Assembly: GCA_964553505.1 (NCBI GenBank)
Contig: CAZKKX010000001.1
Coordinates: 2,243-66,242 of the forward strand
Direction of reading: 5' to 3'
Source: an uncultured Eubacteriales bacterium
GTDB taxonomy: Bacteria; Bacillota; Clostridia; Peptostreptococcales; JAAYPU01
DNA: 64,000 bases
Part shown: in pieces, positions 62,542 to 64,000 of the stretch
Position numbering within the stretch: position 1 is the stretch's first letter
Layout of the letters: every line of letters starts with the position of its first letter
Translations under genes and position numbers: made by a program
The notes under the pieces: generated by a model
Database searches by the model: none
Told to the model about the DNA's origin: nothing
The model's input: only the letters and a program-made list of their open reading frames with translations

Positions 62542-63525
62542 ATGAAAAGAGCATTTTCCGGTGTTCAGCCCACAGGAAACATACATATAGGAAATTATAT
62601 TGGAGCTTTAAAACAATTTGTTGAACTTCAAAATGAAATGGAGACAGTTTACTGTATTGTAGATCTTCATTCCATTACGGTATCTCAGAACCCAAAAGAG
62701 CTTAAAGAGCATACCTTGGATGTTGCAGCATTATATCTTTCAGTAGGATTGGATCCAAAAAAATCTATTATTTTCATTCAATCTACAGTACCCGCACATG
62801 CGGAACTATCATGGATTTTGACATGTCATTCGTATACGGGAGAGCTCGGCAGAATGACACAATTTAAAGATAAAAGCAAAGAAAAAGAATCTGCTCCTAC
62901 AGGATTATTCACATATCCTCTTTTAATGGCCGCTGATATTCTTTTGTATGATGCCCAGTATGTTCCTGTTGGAAATGATCAAAAGCAGCATATAGAATTG
63001 ACAAGAGATTTAGCTGAGCGATTTAATAATAAATACGGAGAAACTTTTGTTATTCCCAAATATAAAGGGACCAAAATAGGTGCAAGAATTATGGCTTTAG
63101 ATGACCCTACAAGTAAAATGAGTAAGAGTACGGAGAACGAACATAGCAGAATATCTTTGCTGGACTCGCCGTCAAAGATTAAAAAGTCCATAATGAAAGC
63201 AACTACTGATTCTGATAACGAAATAAAATTTGACGAAAAAAACAAACCTGGGGTTAGTAATCTATTAACAATCTACAGTGTTTTTTCAGAAATGGACATC
63301 CATGACATAGAAGTAAAATACCAAAATTGTGGTTATGGACAATTGAAAAAGGATTTGGTTGAAGTAGTAAATGATGCCCTTGTTGATATTCAAAAAAAAT
63401 ATTATGAAATAAGAAAATCTGAAGAACTCATTAATATCTTGAAAGATGGAACTGAAAAGGCACAAGCGATTTCGGAAAAAACTATGGAGCGAGTAAAAGA
63501 TAAAGTGGGTTTAGTTAGACTTTAA
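62542..63525 (+). CDS. trpS: Tryptophan--tRNA ligase
   Basis: Class I HIGH-type motif (GNIHIGNY) and KMSKS. 327 aa. Confidence 0.96.
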   Translation: MKRAFSGVQPTGNIHIGNYIGALKQFVELQNEMETVYCIVDLHSITVSQNPKELKEHTLDVAALYLSVGLDPKKSIIFIQSTVPAHAELSWILTCHSYTGELGRMTQFKDKSKEKESAPTGLFTYPLLMAADILLYDAQYVPVGNDQKQHIELTRDLAERFNNKYGETFVIPKYKGTKIGARIMALDDPTSKMSKSTENEHSRISLLDSPSKIKKSIMKATTDSDNEIKFDEKNKPGVSNLLTIYSVFSEMDIHDIEVKYQNCGYGQLKKDLVEVVNDALVDIQKKYYEIRKSEELINILKDGTEKAQAISEKTMERVKDKVGLVRL

Positions 63526-63688
63526 TAAACCATATATAACGGAAAAGAATATTTATACAACAGTATTCAATTGTCTACTGATTAAAGGTATTTTTGAAAA
63601 ACCAAAATACCTTTTTCTTTACATAAAAGCTTCTTTTGTATACTATAATAATACGATGTTTTTAGAATTATGAAAAAGGAGAATCAAA

Positions 63689-64000
63689 ATGGAAGAACTA
63701 ACAGTTTCTTTAAATGAATTTATAAATTACAATTATTCAACCAAAATAATTACAGCTTTAATTGTGTTTTTATTTTTTCTTTTCTTAAGAAAAGTTTTTT
63801 CAAAATACATAATTAAAATACTTAATAAACTTAGCAAAAAAACATCTTCAGAAATAGACGATAAACTTATTGAATCATTTAAAAAACCACTGAGTGGGAT
63901 TTTTGTTGTAATCGGGCTGTTGATTGCTATATATATTTTACCTGTAAGTACGGAGATAAAAGCAACAGTATATGTGCTTTCCAGATCCATTATTATTATA
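63689..64000 (+). CDS. Mechanosensitive (MscS-family) channel-like membrane protein, N-terminal part only
   Basis: ATG 63689 lies behind AAGGAG. My translation MEELTVSLNEFINYNYSTKIITALIVFLFFLFLRKVFSKYIIKILNKLSKKTSSEIDDKLIESFKKPL... resembles MscS-family N-termini. The frame is open to the window end. Confidence 0.55.
   Translation, partial: MEELTVSLNEFINYNYSTKIITALIVFLFFLFLRKVFSKYIIKILNKLSKKTSSEIDDKLIESFKKPLSGIFVVIGLLIAIYILPVSTEIKATVYVLSRSIIII

Overview
AT-rich Firmicutes (Clostridia/Tissierellia-like) chromosome segment centred on the replication origin. The core is the conserved block parB-parA-noc-rsmG-mnmG-mnmE-jag-yidC-yidD-rnpA-rpmH | oriC | dnaA-dnaN-yaaA-recF-gyrB-gyrA, with two perfect parS palindromes, DnaA boxes upstream of dnaA, and a DnaA-box/DnaA-trio/AT-rich unwinding module between dnaA and dnaN. 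Two non-canonical genes sit inside this block: a KamA-family radical-SAM aminomutase with the glutamate-2,3-aminomutase signature between dnaN and yaaA, and a signal-less M15 peptidase with a peptidoglycan-binding domain between recF and gyrB. After gyrA come an rsbV/rsbW/sigma (SigB/F-type) partner-switching operon, trpS and a partial MscS-like gene. To the left of the origin the window contains: (1) a UPF0182 membrane protein, a PAS-containing MCP and an M20 peptidase/yhdT/panF-like unit; (2) a sigma-54 activator with a textbook -24/-12 promoter driving butyrate kinase plus a four-subunit 2-oxoacid:ferredoxin oxidoreductase; (3) a seven-gene co-directional cluster, fhs-fchA-folD-formate channel-iclR-panB-panE; (4) an accessory stretch with a lone tRNA-Lys(CTT), a P-loop NTPase, several small low-complexity proteins, an ArsR-like regulator, cheC-cheD and two transporters; (5) rlmH and a yycH-yycI-walJ-htrA operon with no walRK; (6) a mini-protein made of two identical hydrophobic repeats, rnhA, and a PAS-PP2C phosphatase co-transcribed with a membrane-anchored repeat protein. 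I found no CRISPR array, transposase, integrase, rRNA or recognisable defence system. The best candidates for undescribed biology are the formate-to-pantoate operon fusion, the orphan yycHI module, the duplicated hydrophobic mini-protein, the low-complexity small-protein cluster, the stand-alone 28-codon membrane micro-ORF, and the two insertions in the origin core. All functional calls come from reading motifs in the supplied translations and from recalled family knowledge. No searches were run.
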